The notes under the pieces: model-generated | The model's database searches: none | What the model saw: the letters and a program-made list of their open reading frames with translations, nothing else | Told to the model about the DNA's origin: nothing | Shown here: positions 37,502 to 46,962 of the stretch, in pieces | Layout: each line of letters starts with the position of its first letter | Position numbering within the stretch: the stretch's first letter is position 1 | Position numbers and translations under genes: made by a program | NCBI GenBank assembly: GCA_965208835.1 | Contig: OZ242358.1 | Span: forward strand, 2,848,001-2,912,000 | DNA length: 64,000 nucleotides | Reading direction: 5' to 3' | Source: Candidatus Latescibacterota bacterium | GTDB lineage: Bacteria > Latescibacterota > UBA2968 > GCA-2709665

Positions 37502-39871
37502 GTGGACACGCCAGATCGACTCACTTCGGAAACGCCATTTCTCGAAGAAATCCCCGAAGAGGTTCTCGCCGCTACCCATAACGTTCTCGGACCGGACGAG
37601 GCAATCCTTCTTTCCGTCGCTACGGATCTCCGTTTCGACGGTTCCTACGGGGCGGCATGGCTCGTTGCGACCGGGAGCCGGCTGATTGGAATCAGCCCGT
37701 CGGATTCGGGGCATCCGGAGACCGTCAGCGTTCCCCTGGTGGACATCGAACGCGTGGAAGTCAGGGAACTCTACGGCAGCGGCGTGCTCAGGGTATCGAC
37801 CCCCGGAGGCGGCGCCTCCCTCGCCTTTTTTACCAAGTCCCTGCTGTCCAGGTTTACGCAGATTCCCACCCGGATCGAGCAACTTGTCCGGCAGGCCAAA
37901 CCCGTACCGGATGACACGCACATTGCAAGCTCCACCGTGGAGGTATTCGCCGGCCGCAAGAAGCGGTGTGAAAGGTGTCAGCAGGTGATCCCGCACTGGA
38001 TGGGCGTATGTCCGATGTGCCTGGACTCCCGAAAGCTGTTTTTCCGCCTCCTCGGTTACGCAAAGCCCTATTGGCAGATGGCGGCGGGCAGCCTCCTCCT
38101 GCTGCTGACCGCCACGTTTATCGGCCTGACGCCGCCACTACTGATGCGGACCCTTATAGATGACGTCCTTGTGGCCGACTGGAGCGGCTCGACGCCCGCG
38201 GCGTCCCTGATTCCTGCCGATCCCCGTTCTTCCGGTACAAGAAGCCAGGCGGCGGACCCGGCACCTCGGGGCGGGACCGACAGGCGCACGATGCTTGGCG
38301 TGCTGGTGCTGCTCCTTCTGCTGGTCAACATTTCCCGCAACGGGCTCAGCGCCGTTCGCACGTTTCTGCTGGCAAAGCTCGGTCAGAGAATCACCTTCGA
38401 CCTTCGCAAGGAAGTGTACCGGCATCTCCATTATCTCTCGCTGAGTTTCTACAATGAACGGGAAACCGGGCGCATCATGTCGAATATCACGCAGGATGTG
38501 AGTCGGCTTCAGGATTTCATCTCGGACGGCCTCCAGGAAATCATCCGGGATATGGCCACCATCGTCATCATCTGTATCATTCTCTTTTCGCTCAATCCCG
38601 CACTCGCGGCGTTCGTCCTTCTGCCCACTCCCCTGCTAATCCTGTTTACGCGGTACTTCGGACGCAGGCTGCATGATCTTTATCATGGTCTCTGGCGCCG
38701 GTGGGCGGACATCCACGCTCTGCTGGCCGATACGATACCCGGGGTGCGCGTCGTCAAGGCCTTTGCCCAGGAAAAGCGTGAGGTGAGCAAGTTCGAGAAC
38801 AGGAGTTGGGGCCTGCTCTCGGGCGAAATCCGCGTAGCGAGGGTGCGAAGCATCTTTACACCCATAATGACGTTCCTCACCTCTCTGGGTACCCTTATCA
38901 TCTGGTGGATGGGCGGAAACAAAGTCCTGGGCGGCAGCCTGTCGATCGGCGAATTCGTCGCGTTCACGGGTTATATGTGGCAATTTTACGGTCCCGTGGA
39001 AAGTCTTTGCCGACTCAACCACCGTTTCCAGCGCGCGGCAACCTCTGCCGAACGGATATTCGAGGTCCTCGATACGCAATCCGACGTCGCGGACCGGCCC
39101 GGGGCTGTTTCACTGCCGCGACTCTCGGGATCGGTGGAATTCTCCAGCGTCACGTTCTCGTATGAACCCGGCAAACCTATTCTCAGAGATCTGAATTTCA
39201 GGGTGGAACCGGGGGAGATGATCGGCCTCGCCGGTCACAGCGGCGCAGGCAAGAGTACCCTCATCAACCTGATCTGCCGCTTTTACGATGTCCAGAAAGG
39301 GACAATCCGGGTCGACGGACGGGACGTCCGGGAAGTCTCACTGAAGACCCTCAGGGCCCAGATCGGCGTGGTGCTTCAGGATCCGTTTCTGTTCAATGGT
39401 TCCGTTGCGGAGAACATCGGCTACGGCAAACCCGGCGCCTCGCTGGATGAGATTGTCGCAGCCGCAAAAGCCGCGAATGCACACGATTTCATTTTGGATT
39501 TTCCGGAAGGCTACGACACGTCGGTGGGCGAACGGGGACTTCGCGTCTCGGGAGGTGAACGCCAGCGCCTTTCCATCGCCCGCGCAATATTGAGGAACCC
39601 ACGCATTCTTATCCTGGACGAAGCAACGGCCAGCGTTGACACGGAAACCGAAGCACAGATCCAGGACGCCATTGCCCGTCTGATCACCGGCAGAACCACC
39701 TTCGCAATTGCCCATCGCCTTTCGACGCTCAGAAATGCCAACCGTCTGCTTATCCTTGACAAGGGCGAACTGGCGGAGATGGGCACGCACGACGACCTGA
39801 TCAGGCAGGACGGGATTTATGCCCGCCTGTGCCGCATGCAAACCGAAATGTCCAAATTGCGAGCCTGGTAA
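37502..39871 (+). CDS. ABC transporter, fused permease + ATPase, third paralog with CxxC-x10-CxxC
   Basis: ATDLRFDGSYGAAWLVAT, RCERCQQVIPHWMGVCPMC, GHSGAGKS, VSGGERQR, LDEATAS, AHRLST. Confidence 0.92.
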   Translation: MDTPDRLTSETPFLEEIPEEVLAATHNVLGPDEAILLSVATDLRFDGSYGAAWLVATGSRLIGISPSDSGHPETVSVPLVDIERVEVRELYGSGVLRVSTPGGGASLAFFTKSLLSRFTQIPTRIEQLVRQAKPVPDDTHIASSTVEVFAGRKKRCERCQQVIPHWMGVCPMCLDSRKLFFRLLGYAKPYWQMAAGSLLLLLTATFIGLTPPLLMRTLIDDVLVADWSGSTPAASLIPADPRSSGTRSQAADPAPRGGTDRRTMLGVLVLLLLLVNISRNGLSAVRTFLLAKLGQRITFDLRKEVYRHLHYLSLSFYNERETGRIMSNITQDVSRLQDFISDGLQEIIRDMATIVIICIILFSLNPALAAFVLLPTPLLILFTRYFGRRLHDLYHGLWRRWADIHALLADTIPGVRVVKAFAQEKREVSKFENRSWGLLSGEIRVARVRSIFTPIMTFLTSLGTLIIWWMGGNKVLGGSLSIGEFVAFTGYMWQFYGPVESLCRLNHRFQRAATSAERIFEVLDTQSDVADRPGAVSLPRLSGSVEFSSVTFSYEPGKPILRDLNFRVEPGEMIGLAGHSGAGKSTLINLICRFYDVQKGTIRVDGRDVREVSLKTLRAQIGVVLQDPFLFNGSVAENIGYGKPGASLDEIVAAAKAANAHDFILDFPEGYDTSVGERGLRVSGGERQRLSIARAILRNPRILILDEATASVDTETEAQIQDAIARLITGRTTFAIAHRLSTLRNANRLLILDKGELAEMGTHDDLIRQDGIYARLCRMQTEMSKLRAW

Positions 39872-39913
39872 ACCGGAGCGATTTCGGGCCGATCACAAAT
39901 TCCGCGAGTCGTT

Positions 39914-40420
39914 ATGCAGGAAGAATACCACCTCGAGCAGGAACTCTCGCTGCTGGATCCCGGGCAGATACGACTCAGTCTGGATGAATACAACGATCTG
40001 ATCCTGGAAAATCCCGACGGCAGGCAGCCGGTTACGGCGCATCGTGCATTTCCGCTCACGTCTGCCGGTCAATTCATCGTATTTAAGGGTGACGACGGCG
40101 CGGAGGTTGGCATTATCCGCGATATTCAAGGCCTGGACGAAGAAAGCCGCGCCATCCTCGAGTCCGACCTGGAACGCACCTACTTCGCGCCGGTCATCCT
40201 TCAGGTACATAGACTTGAAGAAAATTTCCACATTCCGAAATGGGACGTTGAAACCGACAGCGGTCACCGTGTCTTCGAGGTCCGCAGCCGAAGACGCGAC
40301 ATTCGCATCATGCCCGGGGGCCGCATCCTCCTGAAAGACGCCGACGGGAACCGGTACGAGATTCCCGATTACAGAAAACTGGATCCGGTCAGCCGCGCGT
40401 TTGTGGAAACATTGATCTGA
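39914..40420 (+). CDS. DUF1854 domain protein
   Basis: RAFPLT, DLERTYF.P.I, WDVETDSG, DADGNRYEI; follows ABC transporter; paralog of 7938-8474. Confidence 0.82.
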   Translation: MQEEYHLEQELSLLDPGQIRLSLDEYNDLILENPDGRQPVTAHRAFPLTSAGQFIVFKGDDGAEVGIIRDIQGLDEESRAILESDLERTYFAPVILQVHRLEENFHIPKWDVETDSGHRVFEVRSRRRDIRIMPGGRILLKDADGNRYEIPDYRKLDPVSRAFVETLI

Positions 40421-40637
40421 TCGCCGGCGGTACAGCTGAAAGTCGCACGACACGTGCGCAAAAAGGTTGTCCCGCAATCAGGCCGGTCTTCGGCTTGCGC
40501 CATCCCTTTGTTCCCGCCCGCGCGAATGGACTCGCCAGGGACTTTCTGACGCTGCTGTCCGTTGCGTTTCTGAGCTTTCGGTCGTATATTTGTCCAGACG
40601 CCCGTACCCACCGTTCCGAAACACAGGAGATGTCCCG

Positions 40638-42488
40638 ATGGATACCACCGCACGCGGCACGGCGCCGGCCTCGCTCGACGGCGAGATGATCCCTCAGGCG
40701 CCCACGGACGACATCGATCCAGACAGCCTTGTCTATCACCGGCTCTGCCGGGCGGATGATCTCAGCGAAGGCGAGGGCAAGCCGTTTACTGTCAACGGTT
40801 CGCATATCGCCGTCTTCCTGGACAACGGCGAATTTCAGGCCGTTGACAATCGCTGTCCGCACATGGGCTATCCCATGTCCAAGGGCAGCGTCCGGGACGG
40901 AGTCCTCATCTGTCACTGGCATCACTGGGAGTTCGATCTGAAAACCGGTGGCTGTTTTGAGACCTCAGGCTCGGGAAACGACCTGAAGAGCTTTCCCGTG
41001 GAGGTGAGAAAAGACGGTTTCCTCTACATCGGAGTGGCCGCAGACGAACAGCAGGCGGCACGCAAGCGAATGATCGACCGGGGCCGGTATATCCTGGAAC
41101 AGGGATTGAAAGATCGAAGCTCGCTCATCATCGCCAAGGGCGTGACCGCCCTGCGTCATGCGGGCGCGCCACCGCAGGAAATTATCCAACAGGGCCTGTT
41201 TTACGGATCGTACAAGACGACGGACGGCTTCTCCTCGGGTCTGGCCATCCTGGCGCTCTGCGCCAACCTCTGGCACGACATCGCTGACCGGGATTACAAC
41301 CTTTTCCTCGTACACGGCCTTGTTCAGATTTCACGGCGCACCACCGGCGGTTCCCGCCGACAGGGGTTTCCCTTTCCGAAGGCAACGGACGAGCCCGACC
41401 TGGAAACGTACAAACGCTGGTTTAGGCGACTGGTGGAACAGCGCAACAGTAGCGCCGCGCAGCGAATTCTGATCACCTTAAACGACCGCGGTTTTCCAAA
41501 GGAGGCCATTGCCGACATCGTTTTCACCGCCGCAACCGACTATTACTTCACCGGCGACGGCCATGCGCTGGACTTCGCCAACAAGCTATTCGAAGCTCTC
41601 GACTACGTTGAATGGCAAGGGGCAAGCGAAATACTTCGCCCGATCGTGATCGACCTCGTCACCCGCACCCGCCACGAAGAAACGGCCCGCTGGCAGGAAA
41701 GCGTGCCGGTTCTGGAAGATATCTTCACGCGTCTGGACGAAATCTGGCGAGAAAACAGGAAGAACCAAGCCCCCCTGGACGTTTCGGCACTCGCACGAGT
41801 CATGCTTGGCGAAGACGAACGGCCCATCGTCTCGGAAATCGAAGCCCTTCTTCGGCAGGGAGTCGATCCTGCGGAAATCTGCAGATCCATGGTCTACGCC
41901 AGCGCCGTCCGCACGGCCCGCTTTCACCTGAAGAACGAAGGGGACTGGCACGACGTGGCCAATATCTACTCCTACGCGCACGCGCTCTATCGTGCAATTC
42001 AACGGGCCCCGTCGAGAGAGCTGCTTCGCGGGATCTTTCACGGCGCGGTATTTCTCACCTATCTGCGCTGGCTCAATATGCCCGCCGCCCGCGTACCGAA
42101 GCCCGGCCAGCGTTTGAACGGCTCGTTCGAATCAGAATCACAGATGCTAGATCGGCTGCGGGAATTCGCGGACTTTCAGAAGGTATACGAAGCCGAGATA
42201 CTTGTAAACCAGTACCTGGAGGAAGGCCGCGATATTACCCGACTCAAACACGCCCTCGCCCACATTATGCTCAGGGAAGACGCTGAATTGCATATGTTTC
42301 AGGTCCTGGAGGTGGCCTTCCGGCATTTCGACATCACCGACGACCCTGAAGAAAAGCGGATGCATCTGCTTGCGGCCACCCGGTACATTACCGCCCAGAA
42401 GGTCATGAAGGCCATTCTATGGTCTACCGAGAACGCGGAACGACTCCAGCGCGGCGATCTGTTGAGCGAACGGGAAGACGACAATTAG
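40638..42488 (+). CDS. Rieske [2Fe-2S] domain fused to a large alpha-helical domain
   Basis: CPHMG…CHWH Rieske motif; about 480-aa uncharacterised C-terminus; AGGAG RBS before ATG 40638. Confidence 0.8.
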   Translation: MDTTARGTAPASLDGEMIPQAPTDDIDPDSLVYHRLCRADDLSEGEGKPFTVNGSHIAVFLDNGEFQAVDNRCPHMGYPMSKGSVRDGVLICHWHHWEFDLKTGGCFETSGSGNDLKSFPVEVRKDGFLYIGVAADEQQAARKRMIDRGRYILEQGLKDRSSLIIAKGVTALRHAGAPPQEIIQQGLFYGSYKTTDGFSSGLAILALCANLWHDIADRDYNLFLVHGLVQISRRTTGGSRRQGFPFPKATDEPDLETYKRWFRRLVEQRNSSAAQRILITLNDRGFPKEAIADIVFTAATDYYFTGDGHALDFANKLFEALDYVEWQGASEILRPIVIDLVTRTRHEETARWQESVPVLEDIFTRLDEIWRENRKNQAPLDVSALARVMLGEDERPIVSEIEALLRQGVDPAEICRSMVYASAVRTARFHLKNEGDWHDVANIYSYAHALYRAIQRAPSRELLRGIFHGAVFLTYLRWLNMPAARVPKPGQRLNGSFESESQMLDRLREFADFQKVYEAEILVNQYLEEGRDITRLKHALAHIMLREDAELHMFQVLEVAFRHFDITDDPEEKRMHLLAATRYITAQKVMKAILWSTENAERLQRGDLLSEREDDN

Positions 42489-42686
42489 CCTCAATCCGAA
42501 GAAAACAGCAACGCGGCGTCGCGAAAAAACCCTCCGAAACGGGGCAATATCGACGTATAGAATGACGTTTTTTCCCTTCACGTCCAGGGACCTGGTGTAT
42601 CCTGGTAATCCGCCGTTTAATCGCCTTTATTTACAAGCACATATTCGAATTAACGTCCCCGAAGACTTGCGAATCCAGGTTAGGGT

Positions 42687-45600
42687 ATGAAAATCTCCGA
42701 ATACGCCATACGTAAACCCATCACGGCGGTGATGTTGACCCTCAGCGTCGTCATGTTGGGGGCGATTTCCCTCCTCCGGCTGCCGCTCGAATACCTGCCG
42801 AACATTACGTTTCCCGTCATGTACGTCAACGTCGACTACCCTTCATCATCGCCTGAAGAGATAGAACGTGAAATTGTCAAGCCGCTTGAAGAGGTGATGG
42901 GCACACTTTCCCACGTGAAGCAGCTGAGCTCGAGATCGTACGCCAATCGCGGCTACGTTCGTCTGGAATTCGAACTCAATACGGATATGGACCTCATGGC
43001 GGTTCACGTCCGGGACCGCCTCGATCAGGTCCGAAACGACCTTCCGGGCGACGTCGAGCGGATTACGATACGCCGCTGGAACACCGAAGATTTCCCGGTG
43101 CTTACCTATGCGCTGAGTTGGCAGGGAACGGATCAGTCCGAGTTCGCGAGTGTTTATGAATACACGATTCTTCCGCGGCTGCAGCGACTGGAAGGCGTCG
43201 GCAGCGTCGAGGTCCGGGGACTGCGGGAAAAGGACCTGCTGATTGAAGTCGACCAGAACCTGTTGCAAACCCATAACCTGGACATACGCGCGCTCAACCG
43301 GGCGATCAGTTCCAACAATGTGAATATCTCTGCCGGGTACGTTAACGAAGCCGAGAAACGCCTGGCCGCACGGACCATCGGTGAGTTTGAGAATGTAGAC
43401 CAGATCCGGCGCCTGCCGCTGCGTACGGGCGTTGAAGTCGGTGACGTTGCGGACGTCACGTACGATTTTCCGGACGAAGAGGATTTCGAACGCCTTGACG
43501 GCAGGGATGCCGTGACGGTTGACATCCGCAAGTCCTCCTCGGCCAACCTGGTGGCCACGGCGGACCTGGTAAAGGACGAATTCCGGCGGATCCAGAAAGA
43601 CATTGGCGATGGCAAACTCAGGGCGCAGGCCATCCGCGACCGATCGCTGGATGTCACCACCGGCATCAAGAGTCTCACTCAGTCAGCAATAATGGGCGGT
43701 TTCCTGGCCATCGTCGTCATTTTCGTTTTTCTCAGAAACTTCCGGAGCACGCTCATAATCGGTTCTGCGATCCCGATATCCGCCATCACCGTCTTTATGG
43801 TGATGTACATCCTGCGCCAAGTCTTCGGATCCAATATCACCCTCAATCTAATGTCCATGATGGGCTTGATGGTCGCGATCGGCATGCTCGTCGACCCCGC
43901 CGTCGTTGCTCTGGAAAACATCTTCAGAAAGAGGTACGACGAAGGACAGACACTAAGGAACGCCGCGCTTGACGGCAGTCGGGAAATCGGGATTCCCGTA
44001 CTTGCAGCCTCGCTGACAACCGTCTGTGTCTTCGTACCCATCATCTTTGTGACCGACTCACGGAGCGCCCTGTTCATGAGGGACTTCGCGCTAACGGTTT
44101 GCATTTCCGTCGGCGCGTCTTTCTGCGTGGCGCTTTCCCTGATCCCGCTGGCGGCATCCAGGGCATTCAACGAAAGCGCATCCCGTCTGGACCGCTGGCT
44201 GAAGTTCGCGTTTGTAATCCTGCTACTGGGGCTCTGCAGCTACGTGGTCTACGCCGAGGGTCTGAGTGAAACCGCTGCATGGCTCTGGAACAACGCGAAC
44301 TTTGTGTTGGCCGGCCTCGCGGCAATACCTGCCGTGGCATGGCTCTTGTTGTCAATGCTGCTGACGGTTATCGGTACTCTCATCTATTATTCCCGAAGGA
44401 CTCGCGGCATCAAGTATCTCTACTCCCGTCTGGTGGTGAACACACTCCGCTACCGATGGACGACCGTCTCGATCGCCTGTACGCTTCTTGGCGCCGGTTA
44501 TTACTTCTTCACGCAGATTGAACAGCAACCCTATCGCTGGCAGCCGACACGCCGGGTCGATATCTCGGTCGAATTGCCGCGAAGCTACGACATTCATGAT
44601 GCGCTGGCGCTATTCGAACGTGTGGAGGCCATCCTGCTTCCGCGAAAGGACAGCCTGGACTTCGCGGCCATGAGCAGCAGGTACAGCGACAGACGGAGCA
44701 ATCGCATCACGCTCTATCTTGTTCCCCCTGACGAAAGCCGTCTTTCCACCGACGAGGTCAAACGCAGGGTCAAGGATCTGTTACCCCGGGATATACCTGG
44801 CGTGAGGTTCAAATCCGGCAGAACATGGGGTAGCAGTTCCACCGGAGCCGGAGTTGAAGTCAAGGGCCGAAACCCTGACGTACTCGCGATGCTGGCGGAG
44901 GACATCCGGCTGCGAATGCAAGGCATTCGAGGGGTTCACGAAGTGGAAACCAGCCTGGAATCCGGCAACGAGGAAATCCAGGTCACCATAAACCGGCGCC
45001 GCGCCAGGCGTTACGGGCTTACGCCATGGCAGGTGGCGACAACGGTTGCAAGTGCGCTGGGCACCCGGGGCAATAGCAAGTTCAAGACAGAGAACGGAGA
45101 AATCGACATAACCGTACAACTCAAGGAAGAGGATCGGGCCACTCTGGAACAGCTAAGGAACACGTACTTTGAGAGCGAAACGGGTAATATGGTCTCGTTT
45201 GCCAGCCTGGCGGACTTCCGCGTCCGCAAGGGTCCTCAAGCGCTCGAGCGCGAAAACCGGATGTCCACGTTAACCGTATTCGCCAATACGGAACAGCAGG
45301 CAGTATTCTCCGTTGGACGTGAAATGAGCAGGCGAATGCGTGCGATACCGCTGCCGGCGGGGTACTCGTGGCAGATGGACCGGCGCTTCCGATGGATGAA
45401 TCAGGAACAGGGCGAAACCAATCTTACCATGATCTTCGCCGCGCTTCTCGTATACATGATCATGGCCGCCCTCTTCGAGTCCTACGCGCACCCGTTTACG
45501 ATTATGTTTTCCATTTGTTTCGCCTTCATTGGCGTCTCGTTTGCGCTGTATGCCTTCAATATCCCATTGGACAGCAACGCCACCTATGGTCTGCTGATAC

Positions 45601-45953
45601 TTTTCGGCATCGTCGTGAACAACGGCATCGTCCTGATAGACCATATCAACCGCTATCGTAAACAGGGCCTCTACCGTCGTGATGCCATTATCCGGGGCGG
45701 TCAGGACCGATTGCGTCCCATACTGATGACCGCGACCACGACAATCCTGGGCCTCACGCCCCTGGTTTTGCCGATGATCTACGGCACGGCTGAGGGGACC
45801 GCTCGTCGATGGGGACCAATCGGTTTTGTAGTTATCTCGGGGCTGATGGTCTCCACCATTCTTACGCTGGTCATCCTGCCTACCGTCTACTCGCTCATGG
45901 ACGACCTGGCGTCGTACATGAAGCGGACGGTCGCGACCGTGAGAGGCGCGTGA
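42687..45953 (+). CDS. RND-family efflux transporter permease (AcrB/AcrD/AcrF family)
   Basis: SSPEEIE.EI..PLE, GMLVD.AVV.LENI, GIVVNNGIVL.D, RLRPILMT..TT.LG. Confidence 0.92.
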   Translation: MKISEYAIRKPITAVMLTLSVVMLGAISLLRLPLEYLPNITFPVMYVNVDYPSSSPEEIEREIVKPLEEVMGTLSHVKQLSSRSYANRGYVRLEFELNTDMDLMAVHVRDRLDQVRNDLPGDVERITIRRWNTEDFPVLTYALSWQGTDQSEFASVYEYTILPRLQRLEGVGSVEVRGLREKDLLIEVDQNLLQTHNLDIRALNRAISSNNVNISAGYVNEAEKRLAARTIGEFENVDQIRRLPLRTGVEVGDVADVTYDFPDEEDFERLDGRDAVTVDIRKSSSANLVATADLVKDEFRRIQKDIGDGKLRAQAIRDRSLDVTTGIKSLTQSAIMGGFLAIVVIFVFLRNFRSTLIIGSAIPISAITVFMVMYILRQVFGSNITLNLMSMMGLMVAIGMLVDPAVVALENIFRKRYDEGQTLRNAALDGSREIGIPVLAASLTTVCVFVPIIFVTDSRSALFMRDFALTVCISVGASFCVALSLIPLAASRAFNESASRLDRWLKFAFVILLLGLCSYVVYAEGLSETAAWLWNNANFVLAGLAAIPAVAWLLLSMLLTVIGTLIYYSRRTRGIKYLYSRLVVNTLRYRWTTVSIACTLLGAGYYFFTQIEQQPYRWQPTRRVDISVELPRSYDIHDALALFERVEAILLPRKDSLDFAAMSSRYSDRRSNRITLYLVPPDESRLSTDEVKRRVKDLLPRDIPGVRFKSGRTWGSSSTGAGVEVKGRNPDVLAMLAEDIRLRMQGIRGVHEVETSLESGNEEIQVTINRRRARRYGLTPWQVATTVASALGTRGNSKFKTENGEIDITVQLKEEDRATLEQLRNTYFESETGNMVSFASLADFRVRKGPQALERENRMSTLTVFANTEQQAVFSVGREMSRRMRAIPLPAGYSWQMDRRFRWMNQEQGETNLTMIFAALLVYMIMAALFESYAHPFTIMFSICFAFIGVSFALYAFNIPLDSNATYGLLILFGIVVNNGIVLIDHINRYRKQGLYRRDAIIRGGQDRLRPILMTATTTILGLTPLVLPMIYGTAEGTARRWGPIGFVVISGLMVSTILTLVILPTVYSLMDDLASYMKRTVATVRGA

Positions 45954-46624
45954 AACAACTCGCCGTCGTGCTGCTCAGCGGCGGGTTGGACAGCTGCGTC
46001 ACCGCCGCCGTCGCCCGCCAGAATTTCGACCTCGCGCTTTTTCACCTGGACTACGGACACCGAACGAACGCCCGCGAACGCCGGGCGTTCCACGATATCG
46101 CCGACCACTACGACGTTCCGGCGGGTCGTCGCCTGGCCGCCCGAACGGACGCGCTCCGTCAGGTCGGCGGTTCCGCTCTGACAGACCGAAACGTACCCGT
46201 TCCGGATGCCGTCGCCGACCGGAACGACGTTCCCGTCACGTATGTACCTTTCCGGAATGCGCTCCTTCTCAGCTTGGGGGTTTCGTGGGCAGAATCCCAC
46301 GGCGCATCGAGTGTGTATCTGGGCGCCGTCGAAGAAGACGGTTCCGGATACCCCGATTGTACGCAAGCGTTCTGTGACGCGTTCGCACGGGCGGTCGACT
46401 CCGGTACACGCCCGGAATCCCACATCAGAATCCTCACGCCGGTTATCCACCTCAAGAAAGCACAGATCGTCCGACTTGGCGTGGAACTCGCCGCCCCGCT
46501 GCACCTCACCTGGTCGTGCTACAGAAACAGCGACCGCGCCTGCGGTCGCTGCCATAGCTGCATCCTCCGTCTGAAGGCCTTCGAGACGGCCGGTATTCCC
46601 GACCCCGTCCAATATGAATCCTGA
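45950..46624 (+). CDS. queC: 7-cyano-7-deazaguanine synthase
   Basis: SGGLDS, TYVPFRN, GYPDC, TWSCY…CGRC.SC.LR; GTG start overlaps RND stop (GTGA). Confidence 0.95.
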   Translation: MKQLAVVLLSGGLDSCVTAAVARQNFDLALFHLDYGHRTNARERRAFHDIADHYDVPAGRRLAARTDALRQVGGSALTDRNVPVPDAVADRNDVPVTYVPFRNALLLSLGVSWAESHGASSVYLGAVEEDGSGYPDCTQAFCDAFARAVDSGTRPESHIRILTPVIHLKKAQIVRLGVELAAPLHLTWSCYRNSDRACGRCHSCILRLKAFETAGIPDPVQYES

Positions 46625-46638
46625 GCCCGCCGAACTGG

Positions 46639-46962
46639 CAGACCGTTGAAAAAGCCCATCCGGGCTACGGCCGGCCCTTGCGGTCGAAATACTGCGTTGC
46701 GCTCCCTCGCCGAATCGATGGATGGGACTCGGTCGCGCGCCTAGTCTTCGGCCACAATGGCAAGTGTTCTGTCCCGGAGATAGATTGCCGAAATTCGACC
46801 GCCGAGTCGCCCGGCTGACAAGGCGCCTGAGCGAGGCGACCTGCGCAAGGTCACCGAGCGAGGGCAACGCCGCCAGACGGGATGAATCGGCGGATGAATG
46901 GTGACATATCTCCGGGACGGGACACCATACCTCGCCTGCAGAGCGACTTTATCAACGGACTG
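46639..46962. mobile_element. MITE-like element family A, copy 2 (inverted), interrupted by a family B element
   Basis: 46639-46763 and 46926-46962 match the reverse complement of 35893-36052; flanks ctgg/ctag. Confidence 0.82.
46764..46925. mobile_element. MITE-like element family B, copy 2 (nested in A)
   Basis: TIRs gtgttctgtcccggagata / tatctccgggacgggacac; homologous to 10782-10944. Confidence 0.82.

Noticed and set aside
45950-46624. queC as part of a Dpd or QatABCD-type DNA-modification/defence island
   Set aside because: Canonical short QueC with no dpdA, TatD or other island genes nearby; housekeeping queuosine role is more likely
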